Below are positions 1 to 10,740 of a stretch of DNA of 64,000 nt, in pieces; position 1 is the first letter of the stretch, and each line of letters starts with the position of its first letter. Under the pieces are notes generated by a model. That model saw only the letters and a list, made by a program, of their open reading frames with translations. It ran no database searches and was not told the origin of the DNA. This DNA is from an uncultured delta proteobacterium (lineage in GTDB: Bacteria; Desulfobacterota; Desulfuromonadia; Desulfuromonadales; JACZKF01): NCBI GenBank assembly GCA_963816395.1, contig CAWFKQ010000008.1, positions 64,001 to 128,000 on the forward strand, in the 5' to 3' direction. The position numbers were made by a program, and so were the translations under genes.

Positions 1-2859
1 GAGCTTGACCAGCTTCAACGTGGCTTTGGTGTCGAGCTGCCCCTGGCGGATGCGGACATCGGCGTGCAGGTCGAGGATGCCGCTCTGCACTTTGTAGCCG
101 ATGAAGCGTTCCGGATAGGCGCTTACATCAGGGAGGCTGAAGTCCTTCAATTCAAGCCGCAGGTCCGTAGTCGGCTGGGCGGCGAAAGGCTGAACCGTGC
201 CGTTGAGTTTAAGGGTGGTGTACTTGCCGATCCGGCCGTCGATCTTCACCGGGCTCGGCTGTCCCGGAGCCGCGCTGTCGATTGCGGAGGCCCGGGCCGC
301 CAGGGCCAGGTTCATGCGGACTACTGGGAAGACGCTGCGATCGATGAAGGTCAGTCTGGTCGGACCATCCAACCTGAAGTTCTTGATGTTGAAAGCGTAG
401 GTCTGGCCGGCCGCCGCCGTGTTGCTGCGGCTTTTTCTCCGTCCCGCTGCCCAGCAATACAAGGATCTGCAGCTTACCGTCGTGCTGGCGGAGTACCCGG
501 GCTTTCAGCCCGTTGAGGCGCATGCCGGCAACTTCGACCTGCCGGGGCTTGGGCATAGCGAATTGCTCGACAACCAGTTCCGCCGCCGAGATCAGGTGCT
601 CCGGCGACTTGGCGCCCCTGCTTCTTCCCGGCGGGGGGCGCCAGGGCTCGCAGCCCCGTCGCCCGCACCCGCTCCACGGTAATCTGCTCCGGCCCCTGAA
701 TCCTGGCGCCGGTGATTTCCAGCGTGGGCAGCCGTGCCAGGTTGAGCTTTTTCGCCGGATTGTCCACCTGCAGATCATGCAGGGCCGCCTTCCCCTCCAG
801 GAGGAATTTCGCCCCGGCCGGCACTGCACTGCTGCCGGAGGCGAAATTCTCCTCCACCTGCAGCTGGCGCAGCCGAATATCCAGGGTGGGGGTGGCGATC
901 TGCAGGGGGCCGGCATGCAGCTTGCCACGGGCGGCAAGAGCGGGCTGGCCCGTTTTTTCTCTCGTCATCCGCAGAGTGCCGTTCCATCCCAGGTTGACCT
1001 CCGGCAGGCGGATCTGTCCGGCCGTGCCGCGAAATTTTCTGACTCCGGCGGCCCCGGCGTACTCCATCTGCAGGTGCTGGTCGGCCGGGCGGTAATGCAG
1101 CCCGAGATCACCGTTCAGGTCGAGCAGCCCGGCTCCGGCCTGAAACTGGCCGGTCGGCAAATAGGGAAGGACCGGTGTCAGGGGAAAACCGGAGGTCTGC
1201 AGGTGGAGTTTCACCGCCGGCTCGGGGGCGAACGGCTCTCCCTGGCCGTGCAGGGAGAAGGCATGCCCCTGCATCTGCAGGTCGACACTGAAGACGGCGG
1301 GCTTGCCGCCGCCGCTGCTGTCCAGGTTTTCCAGGTGGGCGCGCAGCGGCGCCATCTCCAGCCGTGCCGTCGGTTGCAGGCTGCGATCGATGAGCAGCAG
1401 CTTTCCATCCCGCAGGTCGACCCGGCCGATGCGGAAAGCGACCTTCCGGCCGCGGCCGGCGTTCGGCTTTCCGGTTTTCGGCAGCCAGGGGCCCACATCG
1501 AGCCGCCCCTGCTCGTCGCGGGCGAGGTGAACCTCGAGCCCGTTCAGGGTGATCTGCCCGGCATTCACCTGCCCGCCGCTCACCCCTGTCCCCTCCGCCA
1601 GCAGTTCACGCCAGGCAAGAAAATGCAACGGTTTGTTTCCTCCGGGCGCCGGCTGCTCCAGGGCCTGCAGGCCGGTGGCCCGCAGCCGCTGTACGGTCAT
1701 CTGCTGCTGTCCCTGGAGATCGGCACCGGTCACTTCGAGGGCGGTCAGCCGGGCCAGGTTGAGCCCCTTCGCCAGATCGTCCACCAGCAGATTGCGGCCG
1801 GTGAGATCGGCCTGCAGGACAAAGGGTGCGGCGGCCGGCACTTTCGGGGTCCCCATGGCAAAAGCATGGCGGAAGGTGATTGCGGCGGCATGGACCCGCA
1901 GGGAGGGGGCGGCGAGCTGCAGGTCGATGGGCGCCGCCGTGAGGGTGCCGTCGGCCGTCACCAGGGGCGGTCGGTTGCTGCCCGCCGCCGACATCGCCAA
2001 TTTGCCCTGCCAGTTCAGGGAGGCCTGGCGGATGCGGGTCTCGGCCCGGGAAGCCTGCAGCTGGTCGGCCTGTAAGATTTCCCTCCAGAAAGAGCCGGAA
2101 GCGCTGCTCCGCCGGCTGATAGCGGCCGGTAATGTCCAGGTGAGTACTGAAGGTGCCTCCCTGCACGGCAAGCTGGTGCGGCTGCAGCCAGGGCTGCAGC
2201 CAAGGCAGGGGGAATTTCGTAATCAGCAGACGCGCATCCAGGGAGGGGTTGGCGGCGAAGGGACTCGCCTTCCCCTTCAGTTCGACAGGGCTGCCGGCGA
2301 TCTGCAGTCTGATGTCGAAACCGCCGGCGGCATCGGGATTCCACTGCTGCATGGAATCGACGTGCAGCGAAGCGATGTCGATGGTCCTGGTTTCCCCGCC
2401 GTTCAGCAGCAGCCGGACCTTCACATTCCGCAGGTCGATATCCTGGATGCCGACCTGCCAGGTGCTGCCGCCGCTGAGGTTGAATTTCAGACCCCCCACA
2501 TACCACGATTTGCCGGCCTGACGGACGGTCACCACCGCGTCGCGGATGTCGACCCTGTCGAGCATCAGGTGTTTTTTCCACAGCGGCCACCATTCGAGAA
2601 TCAGGGAGGCCCGCTCCAGCTTGATCCGGCCAGGCGCCCCTTGCCGTTCGGCGAGAAAGGTATGGATGACCAGCCTGCCGGCCAGGGGATTGAAATCGAT
2701 TCCCTCGATTTTCGCCGAGACCGGCCCCTGGGACTCCAGCCATTTTTCCAGACCGAGGCGCAGGGCTGACGGCAGAAGAAAAACCAGGGCGATTCCGAGT
2801 ATCAGCAGGGTGGCTGCCAGCCACAGCCAGAAACGGCGATGGGCAAGGCGTTCGGTCAT
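1..2859 (-). CDS. DUF748/AsmA-like envelope protein; frameshifted (near 2070 and 600), runs off the window start
   Basis: N-terminal TM anchor (RRFWLWLAATLLILGIALVFLLP), 'IDFNPLAGRLVI' and repeated beta-strand segments ('FRIGRVDLRDGKLLLIDRS') typical of DUF748; joins ORFs 1606..2859 and 474..2171 with a further downstream frame. Confidence 0.7.
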
Positions 2860-3002
2860 GGGGCAGGCCTCTCTTCCGTACTATCCCCGGGGGGTGTCGA
2901 AAAAGCAGGTACATGCTCATGTGTAGCACAAATTCCGTGGTTTTCCCCGCTTCCGCGAAGACTCCAATGACCACCTGTCGCCCCCGAACTCATTACACTT
3001 TT

Positions 3003-3031
3003 TTGACAACCCCGATTATGATGGTTAAATT
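3003..3031 (+). promoter_or_regulatory. Putative sigma70 promoter of degP
   Basis: TTGACA-N17-TAAATT upstream of the GGAGG RBS and ATG 3071. Confidence 0.45.
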
Positions 3032-3070
3032 GATCCGGACCTATATATTGGAACCTAATGGAGGAAATCG

Positions 3071-4459
3071 ATGCGAAACGTTCGTTGGTGGTTGGCTCCC
3101 CTGGCCCTGCTGCTGCAGTCGCTGTTCTTTCTCTCCCCGGCGGCTGCCCAGAATCCTCCCGACTTCGTCGCCATGGCCAAGCAGCTGAAGCCTTCGGTGG
3201 TCAATATCAGCACCACCAAAATGATCCAGCCGCGACGCCCGATGATGCCCGGTCCCCAGGGGCAGGACCAGCTTTTCCAGGATTTTTTTGAGCATTTCTT
3301 CGGCGGAATGCAGCAGGTGCCGCGCAAGGAACGCTCCCTCGGCTCCGGCTTCATCATTTCCAAGGACGGCTATATCCTCACCAATAATCACGTGGTGGAA
3401 GGGGCGGATGAGGTCAAGGTTACCCTGGACGATGGCCGTAACTTCGAGGCCAAGGTCAAGGGCCTCGATCCCAAGCTCGATGTCGCCCTGCTGAAGATCG
3501 ACGCGGGTGCCGATCTGCCGGCTGCCCAGTTGGGAGACAGCGCCAAGCTGCAGGTGGGCGAATGGGTCATGGCCATCGGCAACCCCTTCGGCCTGTCGGA
3601 GACGGTCACCGTCGGCATCGTCTCCGCCAAGGAGCGGGTGATCGGCGCCGGTCCTTATGACGACTTCATCCAGACCGATGCCTCCATCAACCCCGGCAAC
3701 TCGGGCGGCCCGCTGTTCGATACCGACGGCAAGGTGGTGGGGATCAATGCCGCCATTGTGTCGGGCGGGCAGGGAATCGGCTTCGCCATCCCGATCAATG
3801 CCGCCAAGCTGATCCTGCCGCAACTGCGGGAGACCGGGCATGTCACTCGCGGCTGGCTGGGGGTGGCGGTGCAGGAGCTGACTCCGGAGCTGGCCCAGTC
3901 CTTCGGCCTCAAGGAGGCGAAGGGCGCGCTGATCTCGGAGGTGATGGAGAATTCCCCGGCGGCCAAGGCAGGGCTGCAGCGCGGTGATATCATCCTCTCC
4001 TTCAACGGCAAGCCGGTCGAGAATGTATCCGACCTGCCGCGGATCGTCGCTTCAACGAAGGTGGGGGAGAAGGTGGATATGGAGATCTACCGCAACGGCA
4101 AGAAGATGGAGGTGCCGGTGACCGTGGGCAAGCTTCAGGAAGCGGAGGCGGGGGGTGAAAAAGCGACCGGCAACAGCGAAAGCCTGGGGCTGACCGTGAG
4201 TGACGTCACCCCCGATGCGCAGCGCTATTACCGTCTGGAGCGGACACAGGGCGCTCTGGTGACGGCGGTCGACCCGGCCGGGATGGCGTCGGAGGCGAAT
4301 ATCAAGCCTGGCGACCTGATCGTCGAAGTCAACGGCCAGGAAATCGCCAACGCCCAGGCCTTCCGCCAGGCCGTGCAGCAGGTGAAGCAGGGCTCGACGG
4401 TTCGCTTGCTGGTGCAGCGGGGGGAAAATCTTTTCTACACCACCCTGCCGAAAAAATAG
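3071..4459 (+). CDS. degP: DegP/HtrA (Do family) periplasmic serine protease with two PDZ domains
   Basis: Signal peptide; LTNNHVV, DVALLKI and INPGNSGGPL catalytic motifs; two PDZ domains. Confidence 0.95.
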   Translation: MRNVRWWLAPLALLLQSLFFLSPAAAQNPPDFVAMAKQLKPSVVNISTTKMIQPRRPMMPGPQGQDQLFQDFFEHFFGGMQQVPRKERSLGSGFIISKDGYILTNNHVVEGADEVKVTLDDGRNFEAKVKGLDPKLDVALLKIDAGADLPAAQLGDSAKLQVGEWVMAIGNPFGLSETVTVGIVSAKERVIGAGPYDDFIQTDASINPGNSGGPLFDTDGKVVGINAAIVSGGQGIGFAIPINAAKLILPQLRETGHVTRGWLGVAVQELTPELAQSFGLKEAKGALISEVMENSPAAKAGLQRGDIILSFNGKPVENVSDLPRIVASTKVGEKVDMEIYRNGKKMEVPVTVGKLQEAEAGGEKATGNSESLGLTVSDVTPDAQRYYRLERTQGALVTAVDPAGMASEANIKPGDLIVEVNGQEIANAQAFRQAVQQVKQGSTVRLLVQRGENLFYTTLPKK

Positions 4460-4480
4460 GGAATTGCAGAGAAGATTTCC

Positions 4481-4513
4481 AGCCCCGGCGCAGGTTGCCG
4501 GGGCTTTGTTTTT
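4481..4513. terminator. Intrinsic terminator between convergent degP and methyltransferase
   Basis: AGCCCCGGC...GCCGGGGCT stem followed by TTGTTTT. Confidence 0.75.
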
Positions 4514-4566
4514 GCAGGTTTTTGCAGGAAGTACGGTTCGGATCTCGTGCGGGGGGGGAAGGCAAA

Positions 4567-5355
4567 CTACTTTTTGTCCGGGCGGTTGGCGTAGAGCAGG
4601 AGTTTCTGATCGGTATAGCTCTCCACCTCCCCGGCGAAGGTTTCGATCTGGAAATAGTCGTGGATTTTGGCCGAGGACTGGATGAAGAAGTGGTTGAGCC
4701 GCTGAATCCCTTCCCGGTTCATCCCGGCGCGTCTGGCCCATTCCTGAAAATCGTGGGTTTTCGGGGAGATTTTTGTCGCCTGGACAATGAACCGGGCCTC
4801 CTCGCACATCCGGACCCACTCCTCGCGGGTATAGGCCTGCACGTGAGTGGGATCGCGCATTTTTTCCATGGTCTGGTAAAAGTCGGCGATTTCCGGATCA
4901 TCAGGCAATAGGGTGTCAATGATCACCATGCGCCCACCCCGCCGCAGCACCCGGTGGAATTCCCGCAAGGCCCGGGGCAGGTCGGGAAAATGGTGAGGCG
5001 CAACGCGGCAGGTCAGCAGGGTAAAGGCGCCGGCTGGGAAGGGGAGGTCTTCGGCATCGGCTTCGCGAAAGGTGACGTTCTCCACCTTGCCTTCCTCGCT
5101 GATGTACTCCTGCGCCTTCTTCAGCATCTGCATGGTCAGATCCGAGGCGACCACGCTGCGCACCAGGGGGGCGAAATAGAGGGCAGTATGACCGCCACCG
5201 CAGGCCACGTCGAGCAGGGTGTCTTCCGGGGTGGGCTGCAGCAGACGTGCTGCTTCGGCCAGGTCCTCTCCGCCGGCGAAACCGCTGCCGCGGACGTAAC
5301 CTTCGGCGGTGCGGCCGAACTGTTCCCTGACTCTATCCTTGAATTCCCTGGCCAT
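4567..5355 (-). CDS. Class I SAM-dependent methyltransferase (UbiE/YafE-like)
   Basis: LLDVACGGGH motif I, DAEDLPF, APHHFPD, LRRGG. Confidence 0.9.
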   Translation of the reverse strand: MAREFKDRVREQFGRTAEGYVRGSGFAGGEDLAEAARLLQPTPEDTLLDVACGGGHTALYFAPLVRSVVASDLTMQMLKKAQEYISEEGKVENVTFREADAEDLPFPAGAFTLLTCRVAPHHFPDLPRALREFHRVLRRGGRMVIIDTLLPDDPEIADFYQTMEKMRDPTHVQAYTREEWVRMCEEARFIVQATKISPKTHDFQEWARRAGMNREGIQRLNHFFIQSSAKIHDYFQIETFAGEVESYTDQKLLLYANRPDKK

Positions 5356-5753
5356 CGGTTCTCCTGAAGTTACGAAAGTATAACACCGCAGTCGCTGTAA
5401 TGCTCGCTATCCGGGTGATCTTCTGCTAGCCGGTTTTCGGGCCGGAAAGGGTTCTTCCCGCCGTGCGGTCCTCTGCTTTTGGGGCGTGCCGATGGATGCC
5501 CCTGCGCAAAGCGCGAAAGACCGCTCGTTTCCACCAGAGCAGATGAATTGCGGGAGGATAACATGAAAAAAGTGCACTTGGGAAGAAACCGGTTACAGAA
5601 TTCATCCGCGAGCTTTCGGGCTACCTTCCCCTCGGTCCCTGCCAGCGGGGTTTCTCTCGGTTCCCGTCATGCGGTCGAGGCCGCCTTTTATGCCGCGCGC
5701 GGGTGCGCAAGGGGGCCGAGTTTGTTACAATGGAGCAGAGTTCTCTTGCATGA

Positions 5754-7415
5754 GTGAGCCCCATGAATCCCGATCTCTCAGCCAATGCCCTGGTCGCCCT
5801 GGAGGCCCGCTACCTGCGCAAGGGAGAGCAGGGGCAGGTGATCGAGTCTCCCCAGGAGATGTTCCGCCGAGTGGCGCGGGCCGTGGCGGCGGCGGAGCGG
5901 CCGTTTACCGGCGAGCGGGGGGCGGCCGAAGCGGAGGAACGATTTTTCCAGATGCTCTCCTCCCTGCTTTTCCTCCCCAATTCCCCCACCCTGATGAACG
6001 CCGGCACCGACATCGGCCAACTCGCCGCCTGCTTCGTCCTGCCGGTGGGGGACTCCCTGTCCGAAATCTTCAATACCCTGCGCGACGCCGCCCTCATCCA
6101 CCAGAGCGGCGGCGGCACCGGCTTCTCCTTCTCTCGCCTGCGGCCGGCCGGCGACCAGGTGCGCAGCACCCGGGGGGTCTCCTCCGGTCCCGTCTCCTTC
6201 ATGCGGGTCTATGATGCCGCCACCGAGGCGATCAAGCAGGGGGGGACCCGGCGGGGAGCCAACATGGGAATCCTGCGGGTCGACCATCCGGATATCCTCT
6301 CCTTTATCCGCTGCAAGGACCGGGAAGGTGAACTGGCCAACTTCAACATCTCGGTGGCGGTGACTGATAATTTCATGAGCGCCCTGCGCCGCGGCGCGTA
6401 CTATCCCCTGGTCCATCCCCGTACCGGCGAGGAAGTCAACCGGCTGTCCGCCGCTGAGGTCTTCGCGGCGATTGCCGAACAGGCCTGGAAGAATGGCGAG
6501 CCGGGGCTCGTCTTCATCGACACGGTCAATGCCGAGCACCCCGCCTCGCACGTCGGACAGATCGAGGCGACCAACCCCTGCGGCGAGCAGCCGCTCCTGC
6601 CCTGGGAAGCCTGCAACCTGGGCTCCCTCAATCTCCGGCAGCTGGCCGACGAGCGCGGGCGGCTCGATTATCCGCGGCTGAAAGAAGCGGTGCACTGGGC
6701 GGTACGCTTTCTCGACGACGTCATCGAAGTCAACCACTATCCACTCCCCGCCATCGAGGCGATTACCCGGCGCAATCGCAAGATCGGTCTGGGGGTGATG
6801 GGCTTTGCCGACCTGCTGATCCTCCAGGGGGTGGTCTACGGTTCGCCGGCCGCCCTGATGGCGGCCGAGGAGGTGATGTCCTTCATCCGCCAGGAATCCG
6901 TAGCCGCCTCCGTGCAGTTGGCGAATGAGCGCGGCCCCTATCCGAACTGGCCCGGCAGCCCTCGGCAGCAGGCAGGGGGCGCTCCGATGCGCAATGCGAC
7001 GGTGAACACCATCGCCCCCACCGGCACCCTGAGCCTGATCGCCGGCGTCTCCAGCGGTATCGAGCCGATCTTCGCCTTTTCCTACGAACGGCACGTGCTG
7101 GGAACGGTGCTGCGTGAGAGCCATCCCTTTGATCGACGCGACCGCCGACCCGGCGAGGGACCGGACCCGGCGGTGCTGGTGACGGCGCGGGAGATCGCTC
7201 CCGAGTGGCATGTGCGGATGCAGGCGGCTTTCCAGAAGTACGTGGACAATGCGGTTTCGAAGACGATCAATTTTCCCGCCGAGGCGACGGTGGCGGAGAT
7301 CGAGGGCGCTTTCCTGCTGGCGCACGAGCTGGGGTGCAAGGGACTGACCGTCTACCGCGACCGCAGCCGGCGCAGTCAGGTGCTGAATGTGTGTGACAGC
7401 AAGTGCCCGCTGTAG
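5754..7415 (+). CDS. nrdJ: Adenosylcobalamin-dependent (class II) ribonucleotide reductase
   Basis: [27 protein letters not shown] (thiyl radical Cys), [22 protein letters not shown]; start is GTG 5754 or ATG 5763. Confidence 0.92.
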   Translation: MSPMNPDLSANALVALEARYLRKGEQGQVIESPQEMFRRVARAVAAAERPFTGERGAAEAEERFFQMLSSLLFLPNSPTLMNAGTDIGQLAACFVLPVGDSLSEIFNTLRDAALIHQSGGGTGFSFSRLRPAGDQVRSTRGVSSGPVSFMRVYDAATEAIKQGGTRRGANMGILRVDHPDILSFIRCKDREGELANFNISVAVTDNFMSALRRGAYYPLVHPRTGEEVNRLSAAEVFAAIAEQAWKNGEPGLVFIDTVNAEHPASHVGQIEATNPCGEQPLLPWEACNLGSLNLRQLADERGRLDYPRLKEAVHWAVRFLDDVIEVNHYPLPAIEAITRRNRKIGLGVMGFADLLILQGVVYGSPAALMAAEEVMSFIRQESVAASVQLANERGPYPNWPGSPRQQAGGAPMRNATVNTIAPTGTLSLIAGVSSGIEPIFAFSYERHVLGTVLRESHPFDRRDRRPGEGPDPAVLVTAREIAPEWHVRMQAAFQKYVDNAVSKTINFPAEATVAEIEGAFLLAHELGCKGLTVYRDRSRRSQVLNVCDSKCPL

Positions 7416-7452
7416 AAAGCAGAACCCGGGGGGGGGAAGGCATCGGGAAACG

Positions 7453-7482
7453 AAAGGGCGGCCGTCTGGCCGCCCTCTTTTT
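7453..7482. terminator. Intrinsic terminator after nrdJ, possibly bidirectional with the MCP gene
   Basis: AGGGCGGCC-GTCT-GGCCGCCCT followed by CTTTTT. Confidence 0.75.
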
Positions 7483-7544
7483 ACCCGCCGCAGATACCGG
7501 CGCATGACCGCTGCCGGACAAAGATTCTATTCGCCAACCGCCAT

Positions 7545-9549
7545 CTAGCCGGCGGCGACGCGAAACTGGTCGACTTCTTTCTTCAGGAGAATGATCTCGT
7601 CGCTGAGGGATTTCAGCAACCCGGCATTGCTCTGCACCTCCTGGGCGGTTTTCCCCGCGAGTTGCAGCAGGTCCTCGGTGGCGGTGATGATCTGTTGGTT
7701 GACCGCCTGCTGCTCCTGCGAGGCGCCGGTGATGTCTGCCGTTTTGCTATTGGCGATTTCGATGTTGTCGGCGATGAGTCGGGAGCTCCGCGCCTGCTCC
7801 TGGGTCGCTTTGAGGGTCATCTCCATGGCCTCGCGTACCGGACTCAGGTTCCGCAGGAGATAGGCGGTGCTCTTTTCCTGCTCATCGGTGGCCCGGTTCA
7901 CCTCCAGAATCCGCTCCCGGACCTGTTCCGTGGCCCGCACCACCAACTCCAGGCCCCGCGTCTGCTCCATGGAGGCGCGCTCGATCTTCAGCGACATCTC
8001 CGAAGCCCGCCGGGAAGATTCCAGGGTTTCCGAAAAAACCTCCGAAGTCCGTTTGACGGCGTCGTTGTTCTTCTCCACCACGGCCACCGCATCCCTGGCG
8101 CCGTTCACCACCCCCATGATTTCATCCTGAAGTTGGGCAACGATGCCGGCGATTTCCCTGGTCGAGGCCGAAGTGCGGTCGGATAGCTCGCGCATCTCAT
8201 CGGCCACCACGGCAAAGCTCTGGCCATGGCTTCCGGCCTGAGCCGCAATGATCTGGGCATTGAGGCTCAGCAGCTTGACCTGGTCGGTGACTTCGCTGAT
8301 CACCGCCAGCACCTGGCCGATGTCCTTGGAGCGCATTTCCATGCCGGCGATGGCGCCGGTCAGGGCAGTCATGAACGATTCGATGCTGCGCATGCTTGCC
8401 GATGCATTGGCGACGGCCGCCATCCCCTTCTCGGAAATGATATTGGTCGTCTCATCGCTGAGCCGCGTCGACTGCCGAACGATGCTCTCGACCTCCTTCA
8501 GATGAACTGAAAATCTCCTCGACGGAAGAGGAAGACTCCTCGATCGACCGGGTCACCCCTTCGGCCATCTGCGCCACCTGCTGGGCCGATTGCGTCAGCT
8601 GGGTGAGGGTGGTGAGGGAATTGTTGATATTGCCGCTGAGTTTCTCAGCTCCGCCGGCGATTTCCTCCGAGGTGGCGCGCATCTCCAGCAGGGCCGAGGC
8701 ATTGCCCTCAGAGAGGTTCAGCAGCTCGCCGGTCCCCTCGGCAATCCTCCGCTGCGCCTGGGAAACCGATTTGACCGAGGCCGCCACCTCGGCAATGGAG
8801 GTCTGCTGTTTTGTTACGACCTGGTTCACGGTGATCGAAAGTGGTATTGAGTTGGCGCATGACATCGGAGGCGTTCTGTGGAAATGGCATTGATCCGGGC
8901 GATGGTCTGGGCAAGCTTCTCCACCAGAAAGCTGATCCCCTGGGCAAAGACGCCGATATCATCATCCCGGAAGCGGGGCATGGCCGCCGTGAGATCTCCG
9001 GCAGTGACCTTGCCGATCACCCGGTTGATCTCCGCCACCGGTTTTCGAATATTGAAGTTCAGGAGAAGAATCAGGATGCCGGCAACCCCGACGAGCATCG
9101 CCAACTGCAAGGAAGGGATGACGAGCAGACTTTTTCTCATCCAGGCGTCGATAGTCCGACCGGCGTACTCGATTTTCAGCTCACCGAGGGAAGTATCTCC
9201 GAGGACGATCGGCTGGGAAATGACGAAAGTTTTCTTGGCCGATCGCTCCACCGATTTCTGGCTGATCGGATTCCCCTGGGCATCGAGCACCGCTGCCGAC
9301 AGCATGTCCTGGTCCTGGAGGGATTGTTCGAGGTAGGCGTCGATGAATGAGAAGTTGTAGTTCAGGATCGGCTCGGCGACGACCGCGGCGGTCTGGCCGG
9401 CCATGCGTTGCATCCTGCCGTGCAGATCCGCCAGCAGATTCGACTGGGTATAGCGCAGGAATAAAAAGGCCCCGAGCCCCTGGCCGACCAGGAGGACGAG
9501 AAGAAGAACGAGGATGAATTTGGCTGTAATCGATTTGCGTCAAACGCAT
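7545..9549 (-). CDS. Methyl-accepting chemotaxis protein (TM, small periplasmic domain, TM, HAMP, signalling domain); frameshifted
   Basis: Signalling hairpin 'VTDQVKLLSLNAQIIAAQAGSHGQSFAVVADEMRELS'; HAMP 'KVTAGDLTAAMPRFRDDDIGVFA'; pieces 7545-8423, 8452-8865, 8826-9413 and an N-terminal TM from ATG 9549. Confidence 0.88.
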
Positions 9550-9691
9550 AAATCTCCGATCGTTGATCCCATTCGCCGGTTCCGGAAAGCCGGGCCGGTT
9601 ACGGGAAGGCTCGGGAGCCCTTCCCGCTAACCGGCCTCATGGGATCATCGGTATTGCAGTAGGGGGTAGCCGCCAGGAAAAGGAACCTGAG

Positions 9692-10515
9692 CTACCGGAC
9701 CGCTCCGGTCTCGGCAGCGGACAGCACCCCGTGTTTCAGGAAGTGGTAATTGCCATAGCCATATTCCGCCAGGTAATACTGAAGCCAGCGCGACCTGCTT
9801 GCCCACGGCATCGGTCAGCAGCAGCTGCTGACCCTTGAACTGTCCTGCCTTGAGCAGTTCGACCAGGCGGTCCGAGGGAATATTGCGCACGTTGGGAATG
9901 GTCAACATCTTGTTCTGCGGCAATTGGGGATCCTTGGCGCGCTGGAACGGTTCGCGAATGTCGATGACCAGGGTATTGGGTTCGACCGGCCATCCTGGCG
10001 AACTCTGCGTAATCGACTCTTCCTGGACGCAAACGCCTCGTCCGAAATGAGTTTTTCCTTCACGGCAGGGGTGCGTCCCATGAGGGTCGACTTTCTCCGG
10101 GCAGCTGTTGACCCAGGCGTTGATGCCGGCATCGTAGCAGAAGACATTGGCAAACCCGGCCTCCATCGCCTCCTCGGCAGCCTTGTAGCTCTTGGCGCAG
10201 GTGGTGCCGTTGCAATAGAACGACCAGGGGGGCGGTTCCGTTTTTGGCCCGGGCTTTTTGCAGATCATTGATGAAAGTCCCTTGGGAGACCGGGATATGC
10301 AGTGCTTTGGCGACGTGGGCAACGTCGTACTCGATCGCCGAGCGAACGTCAATAATGACCGCCTGATCATAAACCTTGGTCAGTTCGTCCGTGCTGATCG
10401 GCTTCACCTGGGGATACTTGGGCCTGAGGACGAATTCGTCAGCAGCAATGGCGGCTCCGGCCGCAAATAGGCAAATGATCAGGGCCGCCAGAACCTTTTT
10501 CGATAGCGATTTCAC
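9692..10515 (-). CDS. Exported tandem-domain rhodanese-like protein; frameshifted
   Basis: GTG start with AAGGAG RBS; signal peptide (KKVLAALIICLFAAGAAIAA); domain 1 'IIDVRSAIEYDVAHV...FYCNGTTCAKSY...YDAGINAW'; domain 2 'VIDIREPFQR...TDAVGKQVRWLQYYL' (reconstructed across frames). Confidence 0.8.
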
Positions 10516-10577
10516 TGAAAAACACTCCTTTTGGAAAGAATCCGCCAACCGGCGATAACGCCGGGGCGCCAGAGAAT

Positions 10578-10611
10578 GTTTAGGGGCTGAATGCTAGGCC
10601 AGCCCCTAAAC
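10578..10611. repeat. Perfect 12-bp inverted repeat between the two rhodanese genes
   Basis: GTTTAGGGGCTG-N10-CAGCCCCTAAAC. Confidence 0.7.
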
Positions 10612-10740
10612 GTCTGAACCATGTTCTTTTCCACTCTCAAGTTTCTGTGATGGCTGAAAATACTTAAATGACCGGAAAACAGCGGAGCAGGAGGAATAAA
10701 TACAAGGACTCCGGAATTCTCCGCTGGAAAACAGCCGGAC

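Noticed and set aside
5370..5750. Cobalamin or c-di-GMP riboswitch, or NrdR box, before nrdJ
   Set aside because: The consensus elements of these motifs were not found on either strand
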